From Nitrosopumilaceae archaeon (GTDB lineage Archaea > Thermoproteota > Nitrososphaeria > Nitrososphaerales > Nitrosopumilaceae), in contig CBDCCK010000002.1 of NCBI GenBank assembly GCA_965214835.1, positions 1,568,001 through 1,632,000 on the forward strand: a stretch of 64,000 bases of DNA. Reading direction: 5' to 3'. The notes beneath the pieces were generated by a model. That model was not told the DNA's origin and did no database searches. It saw only the letters and a list, made by a program, of their open reading frames with translations. Made by a program: the position numbers and the translations under genes. Position 1 is the first letter of the stretch, and the number at the start of each line of letters is the position of its first letter. This document shows positions 21,740 through 32,413 of this stretch, piece after piece.

Positions 21740-22741
21740 ATGAATGCGGTAGCGGCTGCCCTTGCGTTGCTCTCTGTCGCAGGCGCGGGCATGCTGTCGC
21801 TTGACGCAATGGCAGAGGTGCCGTCTCTGATGGCACAGCATGAGGCGGGGGTGCCGATACACGAGATACAGTGCCGGGATTCAAAGACGCTGATGGAGAC
21901 CGCACGCGGAACACCTGCCTGCATCAGTGAGGACTCGGTGCAAAAACTGCTGCAAAGGGGATGGGTGCCGGTAACACAGGCAGCAGAACGCCATGACCGG
22001 CAGCAGCCGGAGGCGGCAAAAACCGGAGGAGGCAACAGCATCGACGGCTCCGATGCCGGAGAAGGAGAAGGCGACGGCTTTGTGGTGCTGAGTGCCTCGT
22101 CTCCCGTGGAGTTCGTCGATGACGGGCGGGAGATCAAAAGATCCACAATTTCAAGACACCCTGCTCCGTGGCCCTGGTATGAAAGAATCATGGGCAGCGA
22201 CATAACCCCCGACGATGTCGGCCCCGACAACCAGATAAGACTGCCTGCAACGCAGCATGAAAAATACTTCATAAAACCCGGAGTAGGTTTCCACATTGGG
22301 GACTGGATGCCCACATACATTCCCGACGGACAGAGACTGCTGTTTGCAGAAACCGCGTGCTATCCTTCCGGCAATTGTGGTCTGGGCATACGTTTTGTTC
22401 CAACCGACTTTGTCTTGCATCAGAATGTAACCGATCATGACCTGCAGGTTTCCAAAGGGTTCAGGGTCTGGGCGCATTATAGCACTGTGCCACTGGATGA
22501 GATCGAAGACAGCATAGAATATCTAAAAGAATCCAGAGAATCACAGCATGGTAATTATGGTGGCTTTAGAGAGATGACGCGTGATGGCAAGACTGTTCTT
22601 GCCTACCAGGGCGGTAATTCGTTAAACCACTATTCAGCTGGTTTTGCCTATCATGTAAATGAGCATGTCGAGTTTGGCGTAGCGTCTAATTATCATACAC
22701 TTGATGAATTGCTTCCAGTCTTCAACAGCATAGGAAATTGA
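21740..22741 (+). CDS. Secreted hypothetical protein
   Basis: Signal peptide; thaumarchaeal GVP...C...PACI...KLLQRGW domain. Confidence 0.75.
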   Translation: MNAVAAALALLSVAGAGMLSLDAMAEVPSLMAQHEAGVPIHEIQCRDSKTLMETARGTPACISEDSVQKLLQRGWVPVTQAAERHDRQQPEAAKTGGGNSIDGSDAGEGEGDGFVVLSASSPVEFVDDGREIKRSTISRHPAPWPWYERIMGSDITPDDVGPDNQIRLPATQHEKYFIKPGVGFHIGDWMPTYIPDGQRLLFAETACYPSGNCGLGIRFVPTDFVLHQNVTDHDLQVSKGFRVWAHYSTVPLDEIEDSIEYLKESRESQHGNYGGFREMTRDGKTVLAYQGGNSLNHYSAGFAYHVNEHVEFGVASNYHTLDELLPVFNSIGN

Positions 22742-24904
22742 CCGGATTTCTCATACTGTTCTTTACTGTCTTTGCATTGTGGGTCATCGCATATGATCAA
22801 GGCGCATTTGGAATCTTTGACTGTGCTGACCCCCGCTGCCATGTGTTGCAGCAGACCAGTCGTCCTGCCCCCATCGAAGGCATAGAGTATCAGCTGGATT
22901 CGCCGGATCGTGGATAGACAGGACAGCATGTGATAATGCCGCAGTAGCTGCCGGATGGCTCGTTGCAAATAGACTACCTGAAAACGAGGAACCCGAGTGG
23001 GTCGAAGCAGGAGTTACAAAAGGACATTTCCTAAACGTTGGATGCGTCGCCGTCTTGAGCACCTATTACGCTTTTAATAATGCAATTGGCGGTATGTCAA
23101 ATTACCAAGAATACCTGGTAGCAAACGGCCGCGTTGATCTATAGTGACGATTAAAAGTCTTTGAGGTCAAAAAAAAAACCAGCAGCAACACATTTTGATC
23201 GCCATGTTCCATGTATTGCATGGATGCTGAACTGACGGAGGAGCTCAGAGCGGCATCAAAGACAGAAAAGGATCCCCCGGTCGTGCTCAGGATAGCAGCA
23301 GTCAACGCAGTCTGTGTACATGGTGAGGACGTAGGCAGCACGGCAAAACTTCTCATGCGTACCCCCAACTGCATACGGCAGTGGATCAGCCGCTTTGAGG
23401 AAGGGGGACATTGATGCCCCCCGGGATCACTCCCGCAGCGGAAGGCCGCCCAAGGTAAAGCCCGAGATCATCTCCGAGATCATCGATGATGCCCACGACG
23501 GCGTGATCACACCCAGGATTCTGGCCGTCGAAATACGCGACAGAACCGGCGTGCAGTACCACCCGTCCTCTGCCAGGAGGCTGATGAGGGAGCAGAACAT
23601 GTCGCCCAAGACGCCGGAGCTTGTGCACAAGAGCAAGGCAGATGTCTACACCATACGCAGGTGGCAGCGCAACGCAAAAAGGCAGATTTCACGCCTGGAA
23701 GGGGAGGGTTTTACCACCGTAATCCAGGACGAGTCGATCTTCGTAGACGCCCCGATCGTCGGGCGCAGGTACCGGTCTGCAGTAGGAACGCCGATCACGG
23801 TTACATACAGGGGGAACCGCCGCAGGACTGTGGCCTATGGCGCAATTGCCACGGACGGACGCCGCTTCCTCCGGACGTATGACAAGTTTGACGGCCCGAC
23901 ATTCCTCAGGTATCTCAAGGAGCTCCGCAGTCACTTTGGAAAGGTCCCGGTAATAATGGACGGCGCGTCTGCGCATACCACCCGGGATGTAAAAAAGTTC
24001 GTGGCAGACAATCCGGACACCGTAAGGGTCAGGTATCTGCCGGTTGCCACCCCGGAGCTCAGCGGCATGGAGGAATACTGGCACCGGGCAAAGCGGGACG
24101 TCCTCGTCTCCGAGTACTATGCAACATTCGAGGAGATGAGAAAGACGCTGTCAGAATACCTGAGGACTACCAGCTTCGCGGATGATATTATGTCGTATAT
24201 CGGGTCGGATCCGGGTTGATCAAAAACTTATGGTCGTCACTATAGGCGACGACATATCAGTAAAGATACAAAAGTATCTGACAAACAATGTCCAGGTGTA
24301 TGTCACGACCCCGGACGTGACAAGCCAGTACCCACAGGCGCAGCTTGGCATGAATCCAGCCGATGCCTACTATGGCAACTTTGGAATAGAGGGAACCGTC
24401 TCTGCCACAGACGACTATTCGTCAATTCCGATGAGCAAGTTCACCGGCATGAAAATAAAGCAAAACGGCTCCTGGGAAAACCTTCCCGCCTCAGCCTCCC
24501 TGTCCCAGCCGTCCGTCTCGGAGGGGCACATCGGCAAGGAATGCCGGGGCAACTCGTTTATCGCAGGAACCGTGACATCGCTTGACTGCAACAACATCGC
24601 AACCAGAAACCAGGTTCCCACAGCCCAGAACAGGGCAATAGACGTGGCCACAAACGACAGGGTCACAGTCGACATAAACGCAATAGACACCGACGGCGAC
24701 TATCTGACGTTTTATCTTAAAGAGCATCCCACAAAGGGAAGCCTGAGCCACACCAACGTCACCGAAAAGATCCCGACCACAAACGGCACGTCCATCCGGC
24801 TCGAGTACACTCCGGCAAGCTCCACGCCGGAATCTGACACCATAAGGTACACCGTCACGGACAAGAGAATCGGCCACACAAGGGACCTGTGGGACTTCAA
24901 ATGA
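22738..24904 (+). pseudogene. Secreted protein with Ig/cadherin-like domain, frameshifted and interrupted by IS630
   Basis: Signal peptide from TTG 22738; frameshift near 22910; removing the IS rejoins ...NGRVDL-GDDISVKIQ in frame; NQVPTA...DTDGDYLTF motif. Confidence 0.7.
23142..24242 (+). mobile_element. IS630-family element (transposase in two frames, 23211-23414 and 23395-24219)
   Basis: TIR TAGTGACGA; TA TSD; QDES, MDGASAH and PELSGMEEYW motifs. Confidence 0.9.
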
Positions 24905-25195
24905 TACATCAACTGGCAAACCTGCGCTTGTTCAGTTTAATCGAATATCTCCATCGACTATCTTCTGCATCTCAAACTGATCCCCCTGTCTAAAATCGAA
25001 CTTTAGCGTAAGCTGGCCTGCCCATATCAAACTAGGCGTGGATCAGAGAGACACAATCCTCCGCCGCTAAAGGGCCCGGGCGTTTTAACATAGATGGGAA
25101 GACTGGCCTAGGAGGTAAACTCCTACGTCTGGACTGTTTTGGAAGGGCTGGGGTTTCTGAACGGATTTATAACCACCCGTGAGAGGCTTTTGTAC

Positions 25196-25618
25196 ATGAG
25201 CGAAGAGCAGACACAGCAACTAGTGCAGCAGCTGCAAATGCTTGAGCGGTACGCCGTTGACCTGTCTCAGAGGGAATCTACACTGGCAAACATCTTCAAA
25301 GAGGCCCAGTCTGCGATTGAGTCTGTCAGGGCGCTAGGGGAAAAGGATCATTCTGACACCCTGATCCCAATTGGGGTGGGCGTATTTATCAAATCCAGGG
25401 TATCATCCAAAGACAGCGTCGTGCTTGATGTTGGGGCGGGAGCCGCGCTTGAGAAGGACAGGGATTCGGCATTAAACTTCCTAGAGGCAAAAGTCAAGGA
25501 AGTCCAGGTTGCCATCCAAGACACCTCTGCAAAAAGACAGGAGGCCATGGGACGCCTGGAACAGGGAAGGCAGGAAATGCGCAAGCTTCTTCAGGCAGAT
25601 TCGCATCAGCACAGCTGA
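25196..25618 (+). CDS. pfdA: Prefoldin subunit alpha
   Basis: LIPIGVGVFI...VLDVGAGAALEK beta-hairpins between coiled coils. Confidence 0.9.
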   Translation: MSEEQTQQLVQQLQMLERYAVDLSQRESTLANIFKEAQSAIESVRALGEKDHSDTLIPIGVGVFIKSRVSSKDSVVLDVGAGAALEKDRDSALNFLEAKVKEVQVAIQDTSAKRQEAMGRLEQGRQEMRKLLQADSHQHS

Positions 25619-25629
25619 GGAACAGCAAA

Positions 25630-26928
25630 ATGTTTGAGAAACTGACGAGTGCATTTTCGAGTGCCTCAAAGAGTCTTGGAGAAAAGGAGCTAAAGGAAAA
25701 AGACATTGAAGACGTTTTGCTTGATCTTGAAATAGCACTCCTTGAATCTGATGTCGCAGCAGAGGTAGTCGACTCAATCAAGGCTGATCTAAAATCTAGA
25801 CTGATTGGCGCAAAAATCGACAAAAACTCAACTGAGACATTCGTACGCGACAGCCTCATCCGGACCATATCCGGGCTATTTGATGGCGCGGGAAGGGTGG
25901 ATCTCTTTTCAAACATTGACAGCTTTAAAGAAAGAAACGAGCCCTACGTCGTGCTTTTTGTAGGCATTAATGGAACCGGGAAGACTACCAGCCTTGCCAA
26001 GGTCGCACACCTGCTCCAAAAGTCAAAATACTCCGTTGTCGTGGCCGCCGGAGACACCTTTAGGGCAGGCGCAATTGAGCAGCTAAGGGAGCACACAAAA
26101 CGGCTGAATCTGAAAATTATCGCCCAAAACTATGGATCAGACCCCGCAGCCGTAGCCAGAGACGCGGTGCTGTATGCAAGATCCCACAAGGTCGACTGTG
26201 TTCTGATCGACACTGCCGGCAGGATGCAGACCAGCAGGAACCTAATGGATCAAATTGAGAAAATAACCAAGGTCGTAAAGCCTCACCTCAAAATCTTTGT
26301 CGGCGATTCCCTTGCCGGAAACGACACCGTAAACCAGGCAAGGGAATTCCATGAGCATACAAAATTCGATGGCTCTATTCTGACAAAAAGCGATGCAGAC
26401 GCGCGAGGCGGTGCCGCCCTGTCCCTTGTAAGAATCACCTCCACGCCTGTCATGTTTGTAGGCGTTGGGCAGGAATACGATGATCTCAAGTCTTTTGACA
26501 AGGAGATGTTCTTAGAAACCGTGTTTGGAAACATAAGCGGCGTCGATCTAACCCGAGCGGTACCCGAATCACAAGAACAACCCCCCGAGCTACAAAAACC
26601 CACAGAGACACAAAAACCCCCCGAGCCCGAACAACCCACAGAGCCCGGACTAAAAGAGACTCCCGAACCACAAAAGGAGACTGATGATCCGTTTGATGGA
26701 ATCAGTGATGATGATATTGCAGACTATGCAGATCTCTACGATGTACCTGCCCCCGAATCCGACAACGATGCCAAAAAGATGGCAAAGGCTATCCGTGACT
26801 GGATAGAAACGGGAAGGCCTGATCCTAGCGGTGATGGTGACGACGGCGACGGCATCTGTGATGCTGGGAGGGAGCAGGAGGAAAAGCCTAAAAAGAAACG
26901 CGGCCTATTTGGATTCCTCAAGAAATGA
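25630..26928 (+). CDS. ftsY: SRP receptor FtsY with C-terminal extension
   Basis: GINGTGKTT, DTFRAGA, DTAGR, TKSD. Confidence 0.96.
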   Translation: MFEKLTSAFSSASKSLGEKELKEKDIEDVLLDLEIALLESDVAAEVVDSIKADLKSRLIGAKIDKNSTETFVRDSLIRTISGLFDGAGRVDLFSNIDSFKERNEPYVVLFVGINGTGKTTSLAKVAHLLQKSKYSVVVAAGDTFRAGAIEQLREHTKRLNLKIIAQNYGSDPAAVARDAVLYARSHKVDCVLIDTAGRMQTSRNLMDQIEKITKVVKPHLKIFVGDSLAGNDTVNQAREFHEHTKFDGSILTKSDADARGGAALSLVRITSTPVMFVGVGQEYDDLKSFDKEMFLETVFGNISGVDLTRAVPESQEQPPELQKPTETQKPPEPEQPTEPGLKETPEPQKETDDPFDGISDDDIADYADLYDVPAPESDNDAKKMAKAIRDWIETGRPDPSGDGDDGDGICDAGREQEEKPKKKRGLFGFLKK

Positions 26929-27857
26929 AGCTCAAAAACAAGGACCTGCTTACGCTGGGCGAACTTGACAGGAAGGAGTTTTCCTATCTGATAGATTACG
27001 CCATGAGGCTAAAAAAGGAATTGAAGAAAAGCGCCGGGAAGAAACCGCTTGCCAACAAGACGCTTGCCATGATCTTCCAAAAACCATCCACCCGGACACG
27101 CGTCAGCTTTGAGGTCGGCATGTTCCAGCTAGGCGGCCATGCGGTAAGCCTCTCGTCAGCTGACATGCAGCTGGCCCGCGGGGAAACGATAGGAGACACC
27201 GCAAGAACGCTATCTGGCTATGTAGACTGCATCATGGCCCGCGTCTATGATCACAAGTCACTGATCAGCTTGGCTGAGAATTCCTCGGTCCCCGTAATCA
27301 ACGGACTGTCCGACTCGTTTCATCCGTGTCAGATTTTAGCCGACTTTATGACAATAAAGGAAAAAAAGGGGAAGATCTCCGGGCTAAAGATTGCATGGGT
27401 CGGGGACGGAAACAACGTCTGCAATTCCATGATCTACGGATGCGCGCTGGCCGGATCCGAAATCCACATTGCAACGCCGAAAGGATTTGAGCCAAACAGG
27501 GCCGTGATAGAAGAATGCAAAAGATCCACCGATGTAGTTCTGACTACTGATCCTGCAAAGGCCGTCTCTGCTGCCGACGTCGTCATAACCGACACCTTTA
27601 CCTCGATTCACAACAAGGATCCCGGACGCTTGAAAAAATTCCATCCAAAGTACCAAATCAATGATACCCTCATGAAAAAATCCGACAAGGACTCCATTTT
27701 CCTGCACTGCCTGCCTGCAACACGCGGGGTCGAGGTCACACCGTCAGTCATCGACGGGTCGCGGTCCGTCGTATGGGCTGAGGCCGAAAACCGCCTGCAT
27801 TCTCAAAAGGCACTTTTGCTTTCACTGATTGGCAGCAGGACTGCCCATGCCAAGTGA
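26925..27857 (+). CDS. argF: Ornithine carbamoyltransferase
   Basis: STRTR, HPCQ, HCLP, AENR. Confidence 0.96.
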   Translation: MKLKNKDLLTLGELDRKEFSYLIDYAMRLKKELKKSAGKKPLANKTLAMIFQKPSTRTRVSFEVGMFQLGGHAVSLSSADMQLARGETIGDTARTLSGYVDCIMARVYDHKSLISLAENSSVPVINGLSDSFHPCQILADFMTIKEKKGKISGLKIAWVGDGNNVCNSMIYGCALAGSEIHIATPKGFEPNRAVIEECKRSTDVVLTTDPAKAVSAADVVITDTFTSIHNKDPGRLKKFHPKYQINDTLMKKSDKDSIFLHCLPATRGVEVTPSVIDGSRSVVWAEAENRLHSQKALLLSLIGSRTAHAK

Positions 27858-27876
27858 GCCCCTTGTGGCACTTGTC

Positions 27877-27968
27877 GTGCGAGGTCACATGCCCCTGCCC
27901 AACCGGGAATGAAAATCACAGTTACGTACAGTTCCCATCCAACTGGTTGTAGGGCGGTGGCCACATAC
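27877..27968. repeat. About 92-bp palindromic repeat, family B (degenerate)
   Basis: GTGCGAGGTCAC...GTGGCCACATAC; internal TGAAAATCACA. Confidence 0.65.
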
Positions 27969-28256
27969 TTCTGATCTATGGCCTGCCAATACCCGGGAAA
28001 ATACGCGCCTTCAAGCCTGAAGTTCAAGGCACTGCGCGCCGAGCCGGCCTGCGTCACAGGGGAATCCTCAGAAGGCGCAAAAGGGGCCTGCCGCACAAGT
28101 CGCGATGCTGGCAGCAGGAAGCAAACAGCTCAAACGGCAAATCTCGCACACGCCACCCTTGCAGAACCTGATTCTGATCAGACAAAATGCAGTCAGGATC
28201 GGCTCATCAGGGCACCGGCGCCCACAGGGCCAAGGCAGGGCCACAGGCACAGATGC

Positions 28257-28349
28257 GCAAGAGTTTGCACTCCTCCTGAAGATATGGGGTGGGGGGATGC
28301 GGTGATCAAGGTTATGACCTGCAGTGTCGCCTAGGGGGCAAACTCTTAC
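28257..28349 (+). mobile_element. MITE-like repeat, family C
   Basis: IR GCAAGAGTTTGC / GCAAACTCTTAC; homologous to 10699-10790. Confidence 0.65.
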
Positions 28350-28367
28350 TTTATTTTTCATCTAACG

Positions 28368-28375
28368 TTTATAAG
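28368..28375 (+). promoter_or_regulatory. TATA box of the rpl18 operon
   Basis: TTTATAAG about 25 bp before the rpl18 ATG. Confidence 0.55.
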
Positions 28376-28400
28376 AGCAATTCCGAGTTTTTGGCTATAG

Positions 28401-28883
28401 ATGGCCTATTCAAAAATCTTGAGAAGACTTCGGGAGGAAAAGACCAATTACAAAAAACGTGCCACCATGCTAGTCGGCAGGCATGACTTTATCACGGTCA
28501 ACGTCTCCAACGAGAACACGCAGGTGCAAATTCTCAAGCCGGAGATAACCGGGGACAGGGTCATAGCCTCAGCACACTCTAGATCCCTGTTGCAAAAAGG
28601 CTGGAAAGGCTCAAGAAAAAGCATTCCGGCCGCGTACCTTACGGGTTATCTGGCAGGCAAGAAAGCTATCGGTAGTGGCGCAAAGGATGCGATTCTTTAC
28701 ACTGGTACAAGGAAATACACCCAAAGAATGGCAGCTGCCCTAAAGGGCCTCATCGATGCCGGCCTCAAAGTGCCTGCCGATTCTGAAACGTTTCCTCCAG
28801 AGGGGAGAATCAACGGAGAGCATCTTACAGTAAAAAACGACATTTCGCAAGTAAAGTCCGCTATAGATGGCGAGGTAGGATAG
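28401..28883 (+). CDS. rpl18: 50S ribosomal protein L18
   Basis: RRLREEKTNYKKR, AAYLTGYLAG. Confidence 0.95.
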   Translation: MAYSKILRRLREEKTNYKKRATMLVGRHDFITVNVSNENTQVQILKPEITGDRVIASAHSRSLLQKGWKGSRKSIPAAYLTGYLAGKKAIGSGAKDAILYTGTRKYTQRMAAALKGLIDAGLKVPADSETFPPEGRINGEHLTVKNDISQVKSAIDGEVG

Positions 28884-29522
28884 ATGAGCCAGACACAACA
28901 GCGCGAGCGTAGAAAGCCCAGGGAACAGGAGGAGGAGGTCTGGATTCCAAAGACGATTCTTGGACGGAGGGTGTCTTCCGGCCAAATCACCTCCATGGAG
29001 GAAATCCTGGAGGCCGGACTGAGGATACAGGAGGCAGGCATCATCAAAAAGCTGCTGCCTGACTTGCAGTCGGAGGTCGTAGACGTCGGAATCATCCAAA
29101 AGATGACATCAAACGGACAGTCTACCAGATTCAAGGCAATCGTTGCTGCCGGAAACAGCAACGGCTGGCTGGGAATCGGCCAGGGCAAGTCAAAACAAAT
29201 GAGAATTGCAATTGAAAAGGCCACAAACGCAGCCTTTCTCAACGTAAACCCGATCAAGCTTGGGTGCGGCAGCTGGGAGTGCAGGTGTGATCAAAAGCAC
29301 TCGGTTCCCTTCAAGGTAAAGGGAAAGGGCGGGAGCGTCACGATTGAGATCCTGCCCGCACCAAGGGGCCTGGGACTGGTTGCCGGCGGAAAGATCAAGA
29401 GGCTGCTGGAGCTGGCGGGACTAAAGGACGCCTGGACCACCGCAAAGGGATCGACGGCGACCATGAATTCCACCTCAAAGGCCGTACTGCAGTGTCTTCG
29501 GCTGACATTCAGCCAGGGATGA
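28884..29522 (+). CDS. rps5: 30S ribosomal protein S5
   Basis: WIPKTILG, GCGSWEC, PAPRGLG. Confidence 0.96.
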   Translation: MSQTQQRERRKPREQEEEVWIPKTILGRRVSSGQITSMEEILEAGLRIQEAGIIKKLLPDLQSEVVDVGIIQKMTSNGQSTRFKAIVAAGNSNGWLGIGQGKSKQMRIAIEKATNAAFLNVNPIKLGCGSWECRCDQKHSVPFKVKGKGGSVTIEILPAPRGLGLVAGGKIKRLLELAGLKDAWTTAKGSTATMNSTSKAVLQCLRLTFSQG

Positions 29523-29527
29523 TTGGG

Positions 29528-29995
29528 ATGGCAGGCGCATACCTCGTAGTCAGAATAAAGGGACTTGCCGACGTGCCGCACTGGGCAGCTACCACCCTCA
29601 GGCTGCTCAAGCTGGAGCGCAAATACCGCGCCACCATAATTCCCGCAAAGGACAACACCCTGGGAATGCTCAAAAAGGTCCAGCACTATATCGCATGGAA
29701 GGAGCTGGACGCCTCCCTTGCCAGGGATCTGCTTGACAAAAAGGCAAGAAAATCAGGATATCACAAGGTCTCCCAGGACGACCTTGATCAGCTGAAACTC
29801 GGCAGCATAGACGAGCTTGCAGCATCGCTTGCCGAGGGCAGGGTCTCGATGTCAAAGCTAAAGCCGCTAAAGCCGTGGTTTGCCCTGGCCCCCCCGAGGG
29901 GCGGGTTCAAAAGGAGCACGAAAAGGCTCTACGGACAGAAGGGAATCCTCGGGCAAAACAGCGAGCTGGACGTCATAGTCAGGAGGATGATCTAA
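29528..29995 (+). CDS. rpl30: 50S ribosomal protein L30
   Basis: YLVVRIKG, LAPPRGGFKR. Confidence 0.94.
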   Translation: MAGAYLVVRIKGLADVPHWAATTLRLLKLERKYRATIIPAKDNTLGMLKKVQHYIAWKELDASLARDLLDKKARKSGYHKVSQDDLDQLKLGSIDELAASLAEGRVSMSKLKPLKPWFALAPPRGGFKRSTKRLYGQKGILGQNSELDVIVRRMI

Positions 29996-29996
29996 G

Positions 29997-30422
29997 ATGG
30001 CGACCCGACTGCGCAAGACAAGGAAGAACCGAGGCTCTAGATACTGCGGATGGGGGCAGGTCGCACAGCACCGCGCCAGCGGACACAAGGGCGGACTCGG
30101 CGTATCCGGCCAGCTAAAGCACCACTACAGCTCCATGCTAAAGGAGGATCCAAAGCACTTCGGCCACGGCTCCACCCGTCCCCCCCACCCGAACGTCACA
30201 GGCAGGTGGGCAGGCGTGCGCGATCTGGATGATCTGTTTGCCGCCTTTGGAAAGACCGAGGGCGGCAAGAAGATAGTTGATCTTGCCGGCAACGGAATAG
30301 ACAAGCTTCTCGGCGGCGGCAGGGTTTCAAACGCTTACACCGTAAGGGTTGACAGGTTCACCGCATCTGCCCAGCAAAAGGTTAAACAGGCAGGAGGAGA
30401 GGTGCTAGCTAGGGATGGCTGA
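29997..30422 (+). CDS. rpl15: 50S ribosomal protein L15
   Basis: RGSRYCGWG, GHKGG, KLLGGG. Confidence 0.95.
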   Translation: MATRLRKTRKNRGSRYCGWGQVAQHRASGHKGGLGVSGQLKHHYSSMLKEDPKHFGHGSTRPPHPNVTGRWAGVRDLDDLFAAFGKTEGGKKIVDLAGNGIDKLLGGGRVSNAYTVRVDRFTASAQQKVKQAGGEVLARDG

Positions 30423-31845
30423 GGGCACGGCAACGGCAATCATTCGAAAGGTCGTCTTTAGGGCAGAGCCGTACCTCCCCCAGGTTCCAAAGCCAAAAAA
30501 GAAGCTGCAGCTGCAGACCCGGCTCCTGTGGACCGGAATCGCGCTACTCATCTACCTTGTGATGGGCCAGACACCGCTGTTTGGCGCCACCGCGCCGGAC
30601 TTTGACTTTCTGCAGTTTGCCAGGGTGATCTTTGCGTCCCAGCAGGGAACCCTCATAGAGCTGGGGATAGGGCCGATTGTAACGGCAGGGCTGCTCATGC
30701 AGCTGCTGAGGGGCTCGGACATCCTCAAGTTTGACTTTAAAAAGCCAGAGGAGAGGGGAATCTTCCAGACTGCCACCAAGATGGTCACCTATGTCGTAAT
30801 CGTCGTAGAGTCCGTAGTCTACGGCATTGCCGTATACGGGCCGCAGATTACCGACCCCGGGGTGATCTGGATACTGGTGGGGCAGCTGATGGCCGCCTCT
30901 GTCGTCATCATGTTCTTGGACGAGCTGATCCAGAAGGGATGGGGCCTGGGCAGCGGGATAAGCGTCTTTATCATGGCCGGGGTGGCCCAGACCATACTCT
31001 GGAACATGTTCAGCCCGCTGCCTGCAGGAGACGGCGGCTCCATTGGCATCATGACGTACCTGGGACAGTCCCTCTACGCAGGGGATCTGTCCAACGTGAT
31101 GTTCCGGGCAAACCAGCTGCCCAGCATATTCGGCCTGTTCCTGACTGCTGCCGTGCTGCTGATACTCGTATACGTGCAGGGCATGAAGGTGGAGATACCG
31201 ATCGTCTCCACCAAGTACAGGGGGTTTTCGGCCGTATACCCGATAAAGCTGATGTACGTCTCCAACATCCCGGTAATCCTGGCCTCCGCGCTCACCGCAA
31301 ACGCCGTATTCATCGGGCAGATGTTCTGGGCCAACTTTAACCCTAGAAACGCAAACGAGTTCCTGAACATACTGGGACGGTTTGATCCGACCAGCCCGTC
31401 GACGCCGATCGGCGGCCTGATCTACTATGTTACCCCCCCGAGGGGGCTGGACGTTGCGGCGCTGGATCCGCTGCGGGCCGTATTCTACGTGCTCTTCATG
31501 ATGGGCATCGTCCTTGTATTTGGAAGGCTGTGGGTGGAGCTGGGCGGCCTCTCGCCCAAGAGCGCCGCGCAGAACCTGCTTGATGCAGACGTCCAGATTC
31601 CGGGCTTTAGGCGCTCAAACAAGCCCGTCGAGTCCATGCTAAACAAGTACATCCCCTCAGTCACGATTATAGGCTCGCTGATTCTCGGCGCGCTTGCGGG
31701 AATCTCCGATGTCCTGGGAGTCTTTGGCTCCGGAATCGGAATCCTTCTCATGGTCGATATCCTGATAAACTACTACAACCAGCTTGTCAAGGAACAGGTG
31801 GAGGTTGTCATGCCGCGGCTTGGTGCGTTGCTTGGCAGAAAGTAA
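30415..31845 (+). CDS. secY: Preprotein translocase subunit SecY
   Basis: ELGIGPIVTA, YPIKLMYVSNIPVIL, IPGFRR. Confidence 0.97.
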   Translation: MAEGTATAIIRKVVFRAEPYLPQVPKPKKKLQLQTRLLWTGIALLIYLVMGQTPLFGATAPDFDFLQFARVIFASQQGTLIELGIGPIVTAGLLMQLLRGSDILKFDFKKPEERGIFQTATKMVTYVVIVVESVVYGIAVYGPQITDPGVIWILVGQLMAASVVIMFLDELIQKGWGLGSGISVFIMAGVAQTILWNMFSPLPAGDGGSIGIMTYLGQSLYAGDLSNVMFRANQLPSIFGLFLTAAVLLILVYVQGMKVEIPIVSTKYRGFSAVYPIKLMYVSNIPVILASALTANAVFIGQMFWANFNPRNANEFLNILGRFDPTSPSTPIGGLIYYVTPPRGLDVAALDPLRAVFYVLFMMGIVLVFGRLWVELGGLSPKSAAQNLLDADVQIPGFRRSNKPVESMLNKYIPSVTIIGSLILGALAGISDVLGVFGSGIGILLMVDILINYYNQLVKEQVEVVMPRLGALLGRK

Positions 31846-32413
31846 GAGGATCGTAATGGTGGGAATACCGGGGGTCGGAAAGACAACCCTGGTCTCGACC
31901 ATTGCAGAGACCCTGAACAGGAACAACCACAGCGTCAGCGTCCACAGCTTTGGAACCATAATGTTTGAGGAGGCCAAAAAAGACGGCGTGACCAACAGGG
32001 ATAGGCTGCGAAAGCTCCCGATCGAGGATCAGAAAAGGTACCAAAATACCGCGGCCCAGAAAATCGCGCAGCTGACCGACGAGGTCGTAATCATTGATAC
32101 GCACGCGTTCATCTCGACTGCCTCGGGCTTTAATCCCGGGCTTCCGGAGAACGTCCTCAAGATCATAGAGCCGTCCGTCCTCATATCTGTGTCTGCCAGA
32201 CCCGAGGAGATCTACAACCGCAGGATGAAGGACGAGAAGACAAGAGACCGGGACAAGATCACCATAGACAGGGTAAAAAAGGAGCTGTCCTTCCAAGAGT
32301 CCATCGTCTCGGCATGCTCGGTGCTGTCGGGGGCCCCGATCAAGACCATACTCAACGCGGAGGGAAAGATTGAAGAGGCGGCAGCCAACGTAATAAAGGC
32401 AATAGGTGTATGA
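31832..32413 (+). CDS. adkA: Archaeal adenylate kinase
   Basis: GIPGVGKTT, IDTH, PGLP; directly after secY. Confidence 0.92.
   Translation: MAESKRIVMVGIPGVGKTTLVSTIAETLNRNNHSVSVHSFGTIMFEEAKKDGVTNRDRLRKLPIEDQKRYQNTAAQKIAQLTDEVVIIDTHAFISTASGFNPGLPENVLKIIEPSVLISVSARPEEIYNRRMKDEKTRDRDKITIDRVKKELSFQESIVSACSVLSGAPIKTILNAEGKIEEAAANVIKAIGV

Noticed and set aside
25035-25135. Possible small RNA upstream of pfdA
   Set aside because: Contains a degenerate family-C repeat end; no RNA family recognised
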